DNA from: Acidobacteriota bacterium
Lineage (GTDB): Bacteria; Acidobacteriota; UBA890; WLXD01
Assembly (NCBI GenBank): GCA_965205505.1
Contig: CBDBHB010000008.1
Location: 512,001 to 576,000 of the forward strand
Reading direction: 5' to 3'
Length of the DNA: 64,000 nucleotides
Shown here: positions 63,578 through 64,000 of the stretch, piece by piece
Position numbering within the stretch: the stretch's first letter is position 1
How the letters are laid out: every line of letters begins with the position of its first letter
The notes under the pieces: generated by a model
Told to the model about the DNA's origin: nothing
Seen by the model: only the letters and a program-made list of their open reading frames with translations
Database searches by the model: none
Translations under genes and position numbers: made by a program

Positions 63578-64000
63578 TGGAGTTACCTCACTTTGGTGGA
63601 CACCTGAACGCTTGGAGTTTGGGTACTCGTAGTAGTAGTGAAGTGGGAACTCGTGGGAGCCGCACAGCGGCTTCCAAGGGGCTGTGCGGATCGCGCAGCG
63701 ATCTGCATGGCCACGTCAGTTTCCACGTCCGTGGCCGGATCTTCTCCATGCCTCCTTTCGTACTGGATCGGGGAGATCCTGCCGAGAGCCGAGTGGCGCC
63801 GGCGGGGATTGTAGAAGCCCTCGATGAACTCGAAGATTGCCATCCGCGCCTCCGCGTGGCTGCGGAAGGTGCTGCGCCACAGCAGCTCCGTCTCGAGCGT
63901 CGCGAAGAAGCTCTCGGCCATGGCGTTGTCGTAAGCATCGCCGACTGAGCCGGTCGAGGGGCGCACGCCGAGCTGTTTGCATCGCTTGCCGAACTGGATG
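63578..64000 (-). mobile_element. IS3-family element, 3' portion (continues beyond window)
   Basis: GDAYDNAMAESFF, YNPRRRHSALG; right TIR TGTCCACCAAAGTGAGGTAACTCCA. Confidence 0.9.

Overview
GC-rich bacterial window. The cargo profile (Ser/Thr kinase-TolB fusions, VPS10/BNR protein, CocE hydrolases, PQQ dehydrogenase) suggests an Acidobacteriota-like host, which is inference only. 1-22.7 kb is ordinary chromosome: groES-groEL with a CIRCE box, peptidases and hydrolases, NfeD-SPFH, and two broken copper genes. From about 22.9 kb to the end it is an island-accretion zone. It holds a tRNA-Leu(CAG) att remnant and an intact class 1 Abi/UG-type reverse transcriptase with an atypical AIDD motif, flanked by an IS21 remnant and nested IS3 elements. 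It also holds restriction-modification stubs, a P4-like integrase/AlpA/primase satellite remnant, and a tRNA-Leu(CAA) whose 3' end is duplicated twice more, delimiting two tandem cassettes with no integrase inside. The first cassette carries a lower-GC block with archaeal-style TATA boxes (DUF6876, DUF4258-DUF2283 TA-like pair, HerA/FtsK-type ATPase), an IS5, an NAD-formate dehydrogenase and an unexplained ~190-nt non-coding repeat. Three separate IS elements share one covarying multi-stem motif at their 3' ends. No CRISPR array or rRNA was seen. All family assignments come from motif recognition by eye, not database searches.
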